NCBI GenBank assembly: GCA_003427395.1
Contig: BFEA01000009.1
Span: 4,529,726-4,593,725 of the forward strand
DNA: 64,000 nucleotides
Origin: Chara braunii
Lineage: Eukaryota; Plantae; Charophyceae
Direction: 5' to 3'
The notes beneath the pieces were generated by a model. That model was not told the origin of the DNA, did no database searches, and worked only from the letters and a program-made list of their open reading frames with translations. This document shows positions 1-11,952 of the stretch, piece after piece. The number at the start of each line of letters is the position of its first letter. The stretch's first letter is position 1. Both the position numbers and the translations under genes were made by a program.

Positions 1-1
1 A

Positions 2-383
2 TTCACTTGGGAGCAAATCGCAGTTCTTAGTTTGGCTTGCACTAGTGTTTTGATGATGATTACTCCTTGTTTAGTCTGTTTTTCCACTCCCATGTACATA
101 GCCACTTTCCCCCTTGTGTTTTCATGCCTTTGGGTGAGTTCCACTCACTCTACTCTCACTTTCGCTCCATCTCTTCACTTGGGTGCAAATCGCAACTCAT
201 GTTTTAGCTTATACTAATGCTTTGGTGATGATTACTTCATGCTTTGTCTGATTTTCCACCCGCATGTGCAGCGCCACTTTTCTCTTGTGTCTTCATGCTT
301 TTAAAGTGAGTTTCACTCAATCTACTCTCACTTTCTCGCCCCCTCTCCGCTTGGGGGCAAATTGCAACTCTTGTTTGGGCTTA
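2..383. repeat. Degenerate tandem repeat, ~173-bp unit, ~2.2 copies
   Basis: TTCACTTGGG(A/T)GCAAATCGCA at 2 and 174, variant CCGCTTGGGGGCAAATTGCA at ~347, with colinear flanks. Confidence 0.8.
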
Positions 384-467
384 CCAGAATTAGAGTTTGG
401 GTGATCCCTTCCATATGATCATATTCTGATCCTCACTTGACTGATCAAGTTCTCGTAGTTTCACTCT

Positions 468-1432
468 AATTTGTCAAGCTCATGATCTTGGTTGTGTTCC
501 GGTTCTCATTTGCTGTTCAATTTCTCATGTGTGTGCTTCCTCTCTCACTTGTCAAGTTCATGCTTTGGTTGTGCTCCTGTTCTCATTTGCTGTTCAATTT
601 CTCATGAGTGTGCTTCCACTCTCACTTGTCAAGTTTATGCTTTGGTTGTGTTCTGGTTCTCATATGTGTGTGCTTCTTCTGTCACTTGTCAAGTTCATGC
701 TTTGATTGGGTTCCGGTTCTCATTTGTTGTTCAATTTCTCATAAGTATGTTTCCACTCTCACTTGTCATGATCTTGGTTATGTTCCGGTTCTTATTTGCT
801 GTTCAATTTCTCATGTGTGTGCTTTCTCTCTCACTTGGCAAGTTCATGCTTTGGTTGTGTTTCGGTTCTCATTTGCTGTTCAATTTCTCATGAGTGCTTC
901 CACTCTCACTTGTCAAGTTCATGATCTTGATTGTGTCCAGGTTCTCATTTGCTGTTCAATTTCTCATGTGTGTGCTTCCTCTCTCACTTGTCAAGTTCAT
1001 GCTTCGGTTGTCTCTCGATTTTCATTTGCTGTTCAATTTCTCATGTGTGTGTGCTTCCTGTCTCACTTGTCAAGTTCATGCTTTGGTTGTGCTCCGGTTC
1101 CCATTTGCTGTTCAATTTCTCATAAGTGTGCTTCCACTCTCACTTGTCAAGTTCATTCTCTTGGTTGTGTTTCGATTCTCATTTGTTGTTCAATTTCTCA
1201 TGTGTGTGTGCTTCCACTCTCACTTGTCAAGTTCAGGCTCTTGGTTGTGTTTCGGTTCTCATTTGCTGTTCAATTTCTCATGTGTGTGTTCTTCCTCTCG
1301 CACTTGTCAAGTTCATGCTTTGGTTGGGATCCGATTGTCATTTGTTGTTTAATCTCTCATATGTGTGTGCTTCCTCTCTCACTTGTCAGGTTCATAATCT
1401 TGGTTTTGTTCCGGCTCTCACCTTGATGTTCA
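468..1432. repeat. Minisatellite, ~77-bp unit, ~12.5 copies
   Basis: CACTTGTCAAG(TTCATG) anchor at 546, 623, 683, 760, 832, 907, 985, 1064, 1141, 1221, 1301, 1380; the overlapping Cys/Phe-rich ORFs are repeat translations. Confidence 0.95.
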
Positions 1433-2261
1433 ACTTCCCTTGTGCATGTCGGATGTTCAGTCCCACCCCCCTGTGCTCTAATCGAATTATCGTCGGCTCT
1501 CACCCCCCCCCCCCACGTGCTCTATTCGAACGAGGTAATTAAAAGGTAGGTAGGAGTCTGTTTTTCAACTACTTGAACCACTGCTATTGCTTCTGCTGCT
1601 GATAGCTGTAGGACCATGGATGCTGCTAAGGTCTGGCCAATCCAGACGGCTGCTACTGCAAGAAAAGATAAGTGGGCAACCGCCCTACGCAAGGCCGCTC
1701 CGAAAACAGCCAACGGGCCAATATGACCCGGGGGCATGCCGATGACAACCTTGTCAAAGTTGGGATATGAGGCCTGAAACTTCTCAGACCTCATGTCCTG
1801 GGCATAAACAGATGGCTTGCAGACCCGGCAGGCCGTCGGAGTCCGTTTGCCTGAAAAATCAGAAAACGGACTTCCCCGAACTGTTCGCCTTGAGGCCGAA
1901 CGGCGCCCATAACAGGCAAGTAAGACCAAACGATATCAGAATCACACCAAACTTTGCAGAGGCCTTCCCCGGGATACAGTGAGAGGGCCCACCAAGTTTG
2001 GAGTGATTCTGAGGTCGTTTGGGGTAGGAAACACAGATCTGGGTTTTCCGGTTCCCCATACTTAGTCAAAAATGGCAAAACGGCAAAAATGTCGAAATCT
2101 GCAATCTGCAAATTCTGCGAATTTTTTGCAGGCTGTGTTTTCTGCAGAACTGTGTTTTTTCGCATGTTGGCTGTAGGATTAGTGCTGTAGGACTGAGATT
2201 TGTGTCCGGGGTTGGAAAAGAGTGGGAGAGACGGACCCGAACACTTAGAGTAGGAAACAGA

Positions 2262-2990
2262 ACCAACCACCCCGCACCTTCTTCCTCCTCCACCTCCTTC
2301 ACCATCCTCCATAGCCAGCCACCCCGCACCTTCTTCCTCCTCCACCTCCTTCACCCATCCTCCATAGCCAACCACCCCGCACCCTCTTCCTCCTCCATCT
2401 TCTTCACCCATCCTCCATAGCCGACCACCTCACACCTTCTTCCTCCTCCATCTTCTTCACCCATCCTCCATAGCCGACCACCCCACACCTCCTTCCTCCT
2501 CCACCTCCTTCACCCGTCCACCATAGCCACCCACCTCGCACCTTCTTCCTCCTCCACCTCCTTCACCCGTCCACCATAGCCACCCACCTCGCACCTTCTT
2601 CCTCCTCCATCTCCTTCACCCATCCGCCACAGCTAACCACCTCGCACCTCCTCCCTCCTCCATCTTCTTCACCCACTCTCCATGACCAACCACTCCGCAC
2701 CTTTTTTCTCCTCCATCTCCCACACCCATCCGCCATGGCTAACCACCTCATATCTCCTCCCTCCTCCATTTTCTTCACCCATCCTCCATGACCAACCACT
2801 CCGCACTTTCTTCCTCCTCGATCTCCCTCCCCATCCGCCATAGCTAACCGCCTCACACCTCCTCCCTCCTCTATCCTCTTCACCCATCCTCCATGACCAA
2901 CCACCCCGCACCTTCTTCCTCCCCCATCTCCTTCGTCCGTCCTCCATAGCCAACCATCCCATACCTTCTCCCTCCTCCACCTTCTTCCGC
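2262..2990. repeat. Pyrimidine-rich minisatellite, ~53-bp unit, ~13-14 copies
   Basis: Unit like CCTTCTTCCTCCTCCACCTCCTTCACCCATCCTCCATAGCCAACCACCCCGCA repeated with divergence. Confidence 0.93.
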
Positions 2991-5808
2991 CACTCAAGGG
3001 GTCGTAGGCAAAGGGGCATCAAAGAGCGCAAGGAACTTTAGGTAGGACGGTAGGACAAGCAAAGGAGTAAGGTTGATTAGGGATAGGAAGTCGTTTTCTC
3101 TTTCTCTCTCTTTCCCACTCTCTCTCCCTCTCTTTCTCTCTTCCTCTTTCCCCCTCCTTCTATCTATCTATCTAGCTATCTACCTCCCTCTCTCTTTCCT
3201 CTTTCCCGACCCTCGTTCCGCTTTCTCTTTCTCTTTCCTCCTTCTCCTCATCCGCCGCCATCTCCCCCCCTCTTCCCATCATTGTCTCTATCTCGGCCCC
3301 CTAAAGCCTTGACCTTCACCTTTCCCTCCCCCTCCTCTTTCTTCTTGGCACATGCCTAACCCTTCCCCAACTCACTTGTCACATTGCCAGGGAACGAACG
3401 GTGAAGGAATCTGTCCTCACTTGGTGGAGGAAGAGGGCAAGGGAGGGGTTGTCGGTCCCTTGCGCCACCAAGAAGGAGAAAGGGAAACCCTTGAGGATTT
3501 GGGAAGACAAAGTCCCAGAGAAAGTGGGAGAGTGAGAGTTTGGAACAAGGTTAGTTGACTCAACCATTTCCCCCGACTACATGACTAAGGAAAGGGTTGG
3601 GCTTGACTGTGGAAACGAAGGGAAAATCGAAAGAACCATGGAAGAGAAAGGACCTTAGGCTTGCGGGAAGGGCAATGTGTTGAACCCATTGGGGGATTGT
3701 ATCAGTCTTTGCTTGTGTGGGATTGTGTAGGTGAGTAGCTTGGGATGACTTGAGCGGGACTAGGTCTGGGATACGCAGGTGAAAGAGGGAAAGAGGAACG
3801 AACGGAAGGGCCTTAGGCCGTAGTGTAAACTCTACCGCGGGCGGACCTTGGTGTATGATGCTTCGAACAAAGGGTCAAGAGAGGGGTGTGACCTTGCATG
3901 ATGAAAGTGTGGGGTGATTCTTCGCATGCAACATTAAAGCCCGGAGAGACTAAGGGCAAGCAACGGAGACTATGGATGGGATGCATGTGTCAAGCAAAAA
4001 AAAAAAAAATGTAGGGGCTAAGGGAAAAACAGCGCGGCAGGGACTGATGTATTTAGGGAAATGGTACGTAGCCTAAGGATGACGCTTAGCCTACGCACAG
4101 AAAGAAGAAGATCTCTCAAAGAATCCCTGGACTGCATGAGTATGGGAAGGAGCAATTGCCTGCAATCATAATCAAGAATCGGAGAACTTGCGCTTGCCGA
4201 AAGGACCAACGAGACTACCACCTGGCGTGAGAGCTAAGCTACATCCCCAATGTCAAAGCTCTCTCACTCGATAGCCCACCCCCATCCATCTCAAAGCACT
4301 AGGTGGGGGTGACCCTGGGACGAACGGCCCGCGCCCTGAGCATGAGAGTGGGCGGGCCCACAAGAGGTTAACGGGGCATCTGGTTTTCAGGCGTGAAATT
4401 TGGGGTTATTTAGAGTTTTAGAATTTGTGCTATTAAGATTTCTGAAATTTTTGAAATTGGTCGAGTTTTTTTTGGGCCAAATTTCATGGAAATGCACCTT
4501 TGGCTTGCTGTTTTATATGTTTTTAATTGCTTTTTTTAGGGTTTTTTTTTGTGATAGGGTCGTAAGAAGTGCACTCTATAGATTGGTGTGAAGTGTTGTT
4601 AAAATGACTGTCTGTTTTTTTTATAAATGGGCCTGAAAAATGGGTGCTCGATTAACGTGCTCTCCACGGGCCGAGCCAAATGGGACCCGTATTGAGGTCG
4701 ACCAAGGCTCGAAAGTCTCCCGGGGTTTTACCCTACACCGGATGCCGTATGGGCCTTCGCGGGGTACTACTTATTGATTTCTGCAGTGCACCGAGCGTAC
4801 TTAGGGCGGTGCTCTGCTGCAGGTAGGTCCAACTGGTGCTTGTCCTAGCAAAAAGGGGGTTGTGCCACTGGATTTTCCTTTGGTCCGCGCAGGCTCGGCG
4901 CCCTGTTGTACAACAGGGCACTACCGGCCTGTGGTCGCGGTAGCCGCCGGGCTCGCCTAGGGACGCGAAGGTAGATAGATTTGTGTTGTCTTTTCTACTG
5001 CGCGCCAGGTGCCCTTCTCCTAGGTTATGGGTCAAATGCACGCAGTGCAGCTATCTCGGTCGATAAGAGAGAGGGTTAGGGAATGAAAAGAGAAAAGAAA
5101 ATAAAAGTGAAAGGGAAAACTACGCGTCATATCTGTTTGCCGCCCACGCCCTAGTTCGAGATGACCTAACAACCTATGTCAGCGGCGCCATTATAATTCC
5201 CTTATTTGTTTTTCTTATTTTATTACAATTGATATCGTCGTTAATATTAATATTATTGTTATTATTGATTTCCTTATTTAATTTTCTCTCCTGTCATTTC
5301 GCGGGAAGCTAACGGTTCGATTTTGAACCCAATTGTGGTCTAAGTGGCCTAGACTGGCCCGACTCTTCACTTGTCTTCCTGCGCCTGATCTGTCTGGCTG
5401 AACGCCGCGTGGTAGAGCCACAAAAGAAAAGGCAACCCACGGTCGCTTCGGTAGGAGGCTTATCACCCCCCGCGGAAGGTCATAAGCCCCCTCCTTGCTA
5501 TTGGACGCGGGTACCCGTTAAATATAAGGCCAACAACAAGTCTTGAAGGGAAGAAAACGTCAGTCGGTATCCTGTGATGGGACCACTGCGTCGAAGCCTG
5601 CGGTCACTTCGCATCTGAGGCGAGATGGTTAGTGGTTGGTAGAAGGGCAGGTGCTACGACTGTTGGCATCTTGCCTCGCACCCTCTTTTCTCTAATCGTT
5701 TTATGTTATTTTATTAATTTATGAACTTCTAATTATTAGAAGACAAGGTTCAAAAGTTTTATTTGAGTCCCTCGTTTTGAGCACAGGGATCGTTGAAGGT
5801 AGCGACCC

Positions 5809-5815
5809 TATATAA
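5809..5815 (+). promoter_or_regulatory. Candidate LTR TATA box (5' LTR)
   Basis: TATATAAGAGAG, conserved at 41710-41716 in the 3' LTR. Confidence 0.55.
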
Positions 5816-6764
5816 GAGAGGGAGATTAGTATCTGGTTACTCTGGCATAAGCCGTCTCGACACGCAGTTGCTGGCGAACTGAGAGAGGGTTATGTGGCAG
5901 TGTGAGTGTAGGACAACTCGCGTGGGCTTGCAAAGTGTTCGACCGCGGTTGTCTTGGACTTCAGCGGCTTCTCGGACTTTCGCGGTTGGGTACCGGTGTG
6001 TAGACCGAGTGGAGGAGGAACGATCATGGTTCGAAGCAGTGGGCTGTACGACTACAGGCCGAAGTACCTCCATTACATCTGGAGGTGGGAGCAGGTGTCA
6101 GGGGAAGGACCTACTGTGACGACTATCATGAAAAGTTGACGTTGAAGGGGGGAAAGAAGAGGAAATGAGGGCGGACCAGAGACTACAATTGGCAATCACA
6201 GAGGCCAAGGACCGAGCGGAGAGAAGATGCAGGCGGGACAGGATCACAAACGAAATCAAGGTGACAGTATCGTACCTGGAAGCGGAGACTTCTACGGACA
6301 CCGTGGAGAGGGAACAACAGCAATTGGATCGCGACACTTGGCAGAGAGCGGCGCCAGCGACCTGACGCTGCGACCCAATCCTGGCATGGACTGGATCAAT
6401 GGCGGAGGGATCACCCACCAGCCGAACCTGTGGAAAGGCCAACTCGAGACAGCGTACGGACCGGAGTCGCTAAAACTATTGGGTCGATGGGACTCAGAGA
6501 CTGTAGGGGGGGAGTTACAGTTAAGAAAATTTTGGCTACGACATGGTACACGCGAGAATCTGCGAGGGAACTATGAACGGGATATGGCAGTACACGCCCA
6601 GATTGAAAGGATTTTTTGTTGTTAACGTCACCGTCTGTCTGAGAGGTCAATGTCTCGAGAAAAGAAGTCAGTAGGATCACGGAAAGAAAGAGAGAGAGAA
6701 GGGGCAGTGAGCCAGAGGGCGCGGGCGGTTGTGAGAGAAGGAGAGAGACACAAGTTGGGACGAT

Positions 6765-6767
<3 letters not shown>

Positions 6768-6842
<75 letters not shown>
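6768..6842. repeat. (GA)n microsatellite, expanded relative to the 3' LTR copy (~42695-42710)
   Basis: Direct reading. Confidence 0.97.
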
Positions 6843-9701
6843 GGTGTGCGCGTTAAAGTTCGTCGAGAGAGTGTGAGCAAAAGTCGGACGATAGAGAGGG
6901 AATGGCGACGCCTCAGTGACAGGTAAAACGTCACAAGTTAACCACTTCGCCAGTACCTTAACTTCACGCTGGCTGTGTGTCGGGTAGAAGCCAGGACAGT
7001 ATCTTGTCACAGGGCTCGAAGCTAAGCTGGTTAATGGGTAGAGAAGGGAGTAACCTCGAACAAAGGTGAAAAGTGAGGGAGAAGTCAAACATCTGGCGGG
7101 GTCTCTGTACCAGGATTTATTGTTGATGTCAACAAGTGGTCTTCTCTCGGGGTTCCTGGTGCTGCTTGCTACTCCACCCATGGTGCAGAGATGGTCGGGA
7201 GCGAACACAGGATCTGAGAACAGCAGCAATTGAAAACCTGAGTAGGAAGGTTAAGAGCCGACGAAGAGTATGGTAAAAGTGGTGCATGATTAAGATAGGT
7301 TCTGGTTGATGTCACGATTGCCCTCAGGGCTTGGCATGGCATACCACTCGCTTCAAGAGGACGAGATCTATTGGTTTAGGGGTCGTGGGAGAGAGACGAC
7401 GGAAAAAGGAAATTGGACGCTTCCAGGGAAACGACGCTACCCCTACTCTGAATGCTCGCCATCTCTCCGGCTTCTGTTTTTCTTGGCCTCACAAGGTCGT
7501 GGAAAGCCTTCTCTATGAGAGTCTGTGATTGCATCAGGCGTAGCCCAAAAAGGGTCGATTTTGCGATGTTCTGCCTAATGAGTGTGTGAAGGGAAGTGCA
7601 TTGGGTGAAATCCTTGAAGGGGAGTTGTCAGATAGAGATTAGACGGAGGGAGAGAGGGAGATGTGTGCTTGCGATAAGCGAGGAAAAGATCATGACATTC
7701 GAAGAGGCACGACGAACATTACTTATCTAGTGCACTCGTCAGGCACTGGCGACCGTTCCATGGCTTGCCCTTGCTATAATCCAAACCCGTTTATGTGTGG
7801 GCCTATTGTTATTACCATAGTTCCACTAGAACGAGTGAGCTAGAAAGACTTTGTGTGCGTGCCTTGCCCAATTGGTACGTGGCTAGAGTGTGACATAGTG
7901 CAAAGCGTTGCAAACCTAGGAATGGCATGCCAAGAGAATCCACTGAGGGAGTGAGTGAGTGAATGTTTGGCGTGTGCAGAAGAGAGGAGAGAGGCTAGTG
8001 TAAGAATTCAGTGAAAACTATGTAAAAGCGATTCGATTGACGATATTACCCTCGCATGAGACCATTACTCGCGGGAGGTCCCGTGTGTGCGAGTCTTCCT
8101 GTTGATGTCATCACTTAGTAGAGAGCGGTGTCAAGCGCATCGGTCCGGCACCGCACGAGGCAGCGCGGGACCCTCCCGGCCGCGTCACGCAGGAGTTGGT
8201 TTAAATCCTTCGTCGCAATACACATGGAGCTTCCGCAAGCCGCTCTGGTCGAGTGCGCCAACCATACCTCCCGCGAGCCCCTACGACAGGATAGGGCCTA
8301 CACGAGGCACAACTTACCTCCACCTTATGGGAGCTGTCACCTCCCTTCGGTGGGCGTATCCCCAGCGAGCTACCAGTCCACAGTACAAAAGCTAATCAGT
8401 TGCAATCGCAGAGGTGGACCAGCCGAGGGCGTTTCTTGTTTGCTGTAGCATATGGGGTACGCGCGGTAATACACCTCCATTGGACCCGCACGCGAACCGA
8501 CTTTCTTGGGGGGCTGAAGTCCCAAGCGCGACCCGTCGTCGGTCGACTAGGACGTATCCCACTCGCCACGCGCACACCACAAGACACAAAAATAAATAAC
8601 ACACACACATACAAAAAAACAATGCGACAACACTCCTAGTCCCTTCAGCGTCTATCCCATAACTTTTGCTGCGGAAAAGCAAGTAAGCGGCACGCGCGAG
8701 GCTCATTATAAAAATCGCGCGGCCGTAGAGCCTTATCATATCGACTGGCAATGCAAACATACGCAAGCGGTCACAAGCATGGAGTACTATGTAGTACTCA
8801 TAATCATGGGGTCCTGGATAATAATCGAGGGTCACCTCCGACACTCAAGTGTCGGCTGACACGCGCCTCGAGGGGTTAATCTTTCGGCGCTAGACAATCG
8901 CCATGCGTGGTTGAAGACCACACACCCTCTTCTGCACCCTGTGCAGAGTGGGTGGTATACAGGTCCGTACCTGTGGTGGCAGTCATTTCTTACTGCCTTG
9001 GAGATGATCCCCACTCCAGGCGTGGACAAAAGTCAAGGGGTTTGACTTTGACGGTTGCCACGGACTATAACATCCAACCATGATAACTCAAAAAAACAAA
9101 AATAGGCCGAAGGTCCCCCTATCCCAGAAAATCATAACCTTGGGTACCCTTTTCGGTTGGTACCAGCGGCCTATAATAATCCCAAACATTCGTGCCTACT
9201 TACGAGTCCCTTAATCCCATAACTTTTAGACACTAGGACGGCGAAACGTCGCGCGTAGGAATTTGATATAAAGCCGCGCAGTCGCAGGTCAGTCCTATAC
9301 CAACCAACGATGTTAGTCATACGCGGTAATTGCAGTTCCGGCCCCCGCGACATTGAATGGCTAAAGGAATATATCGTGAGGGGCTACCCTTCACGATATT
9401 GAACGACTGAAAGACATGTCGTTCAGCCCTCGCGACACTTCTGCCCTTAGGGTTGGGTGTCTCGATGGGCAGGGTAGGTAGACTCTGCACGAGGGAAAGT
9501 TCTTTCGCTGCAGAGTCTGGGGTTCGGGGTGTCCTCGACAAGGACCTCGAATCCCGCCCGAAGACCAACGTCCGACTAAGAACTCTCAAGAAGCAAACAA
9601 ACAAGAGGAGGGACCTTCCTTATTTTCTCAATCTCAACCCTAATTACACCTTTACTACCTTTAGTAAGCGGCCCCTCAGGCCACGCGAACGTCCAACCTA
9701 G

Positions 9702-9703
<2 letters not shown>

Positions 9704-9772
<69 letters not shown>
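9704..9772. repeat. (CA)n(TA)n microsatellite
   Basis: Direct reading. Confidence 0.97.
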
Positions 9773-11046
9773 AGGGGAATAGGTATGTGACGATCACTTC
9801 TCATAATCACAGTGGGGCTCCGCACAACCATATGTATATATGTGATCGCAGGCAATCAAATCCAGAATCTGAGCCACAACACATACCTGCAATCACATCA
9901 AAGAGTCAAACAACAGTTCACGCACTACACGAAGTCAACCTCAACCAATCTCTACACTCATACCCCTCGCTTTAGCCACGCAAGCCCCAATCTCCTGTTC
10001 AACCAACCATAATTAAATACTCAGTACCTTTGTTAAATGGTCATTCAATAAAATTCCGGGTGAAACCTTAATGAAACAACAAAATCACCAGGGCTAAAAC
10101 CTTTTAGGTTGAGTATGGAGAGTGAGTTGGAATTGAGTCGTAAACCGACGGATCGACAACCGACCTGTTATCAGTGATAACAAAAGATAATCCTCGTAGA
10201 ATCAAGCCGAATACGACTGAAGTCCTGAACCAAACGATCAAGAGGACCTGTAACACAAGACAGGTCAATCCCAAGCTAAATCTACGAGTCCTTGGAGAAC
10301 AATCACGATCTCACTCCAAAACCTACATGACTAACGAAGCTTAAATTTACCCTTAAGCAATGCCCAAACCAAAGGTAGACCTTGGCAGAGTCTCCCCTAT
10401 ACAGGGTGGATCGTCAAAATCGTCACCTGTCAAAATATAACCTAGCTCTTTTAAACTAAGGAAATTTCGGCAACGCTTCCCGTAGGAGAAGTGTCTTTTC
10501 AGGATTTATATCAACCCGAGTATGAAAACAGAAATAGTCTTTGACTTTCCAAAGTTCAATTTTGTCTAACTCCCTGAATTAGCATAAATTTGGGCAGCAC
10601 TCCCTGTAGAAAATGAGACTTTCCAGATTTTTACTAAGTCATATATGAACTTAAGACAAGCTGAACTTTGAAAAGTCAAAATTTGTCTAACTCCCTTGGA
10701 TTTGCAGAAATTTCGGCAACGCTTCCCGTAGAGAAAGTAGCTTACCAAAATTTATACAAGCCAAGTATAACAAAAGATCCCAGAAAATGCGAGAATTGAT
10801 TTAAGTAAAGACTTAACTCAGAAAATGCATGAATTGAAGCTAACTCCTATTACTCTAACACGTGGCGAGCGACTAAAGCAACTACCTATCAAACTGAAAC
10901 TTACACTAGGTAACCATCTCACTCAGCCACATGCAAGGCCAAACCACAAAGGTAAGTACTCTCGTCATCCCAAGTCAATTTAGCAAGCAATAGTTCATGA
11001 TTTTTCCATGATTTAACCCTTTATACCCAGCTTACATACGACGTAC

Positions 11047-11952
11047 AGTCAGGCCATCCAATCTTATGGAACATGTCTGACTCAACCATTGAGTATACAC
11101 GAACAGGTTGCACAACTACTTCTCTCTTCCTTTAGGCATATGACTAAGCCATTCATCTTAGAAACAATGCTTAGCCGCCCTGAACTGTTTAATATCCAAG
11201 ATATATATACCTCTCTGAACATAGTGTTCAAAAGCTGGGCGTAGGACTGAGCCATTCATCTTAGAAACAAAGCTCAATCTGCCCAAAGTTACCTTCAATT
11301 ATATTCTTAATTATACTCTTCTTCAAATTTATGATAAGCTATAGTCAAACCACCCAATCTTATGGGACTCTGTCTGACCGGCCTGTTCTTTAATAAAATA
11401 GTAATAAAATATAACCAAATTATAACATTTTGGGTTCCAGCATGTGCGAGGCATTGGGCCAGACCATCCAATCTTATGGAACATGTCTGGTCCTCTGCCG
11501 AGTTCATTTCTCTCTGACCCTCATGTGTGCGGCACGAGTCCAAAGTCATCCAATCTTATGGAACATGCTTTGTCCTCAGCGAAAATTACTCCCTCAGAAT
11601 AAAACAAACAAAAAAGTTGAGTCATTCATCTTAGAAACAAAGCTGAACCTCTTTTTCTCAGCACAAAAAAACAGAGTACTCTGAATTAGACCCAGAGACT
11701 GTTCAAAAACTACCCAGAAATAAACAGCGACCAGACCATCCTATCTTATGGAACAATGTCTGGTCCTCAAGTTTGCACAATCGAAACCCCACAAAACAAG
11801 TAGCCAGGTCATTCATCTTAGAAACAAAGTCTGGCGAAATTAAGTAAACACAACGGTCAAGCCATTCATCTTAGAAACAAAGCTTGGCCTTTTCAGAAAA
11901 CAGAATAAACACAGCAGTCAGGCCATCCAAACTTATGGAACCATGCCTGACT
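11047..11952. other. Array of 11 conserved-structure hairpins with (A)TCTTA loop, variable stems and unique spacers
   Basis: Cores CATCCAATCTTATGGAACAT (type A) or CATTCATCTTAGAAACAAA (type B), each enclosed by its own 6-8 bp inverted repeat; units start at 11047, 11142, 11245, 11344, 11457, 11541, 11616, 11729, 11803, 11855, 11916. Confidence 0.85.

Larger units (their letters stand above)
1..4737. mobile_element. Right part of an insertion into the giant 5' LTR; ends ...GGGGTTTTACCCTACA at a CCGG target; left end probably outside the window
   Basis: Homology to the 3' LTR starts abruptly at CCGG 4738-4741 (empty site GGAAAA-CCGG-GTGTCG at 40658-40661); the preceding sequence ends in TACA and does not match 39008-40657. 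Confidence 0.6.

Noticed and set aside
492-1542. Long Cys/Phe-rich ORFs (up to 272 aa)
   Set aside because: Open in several frames because they translate the 77-bp minisatellite
11047-11952. CRISPR array
   Set aside because: Two core types, unit-specific stems, irregular spacing, eukaryotic TE context and no cas genes; kept as a hairpin array instead
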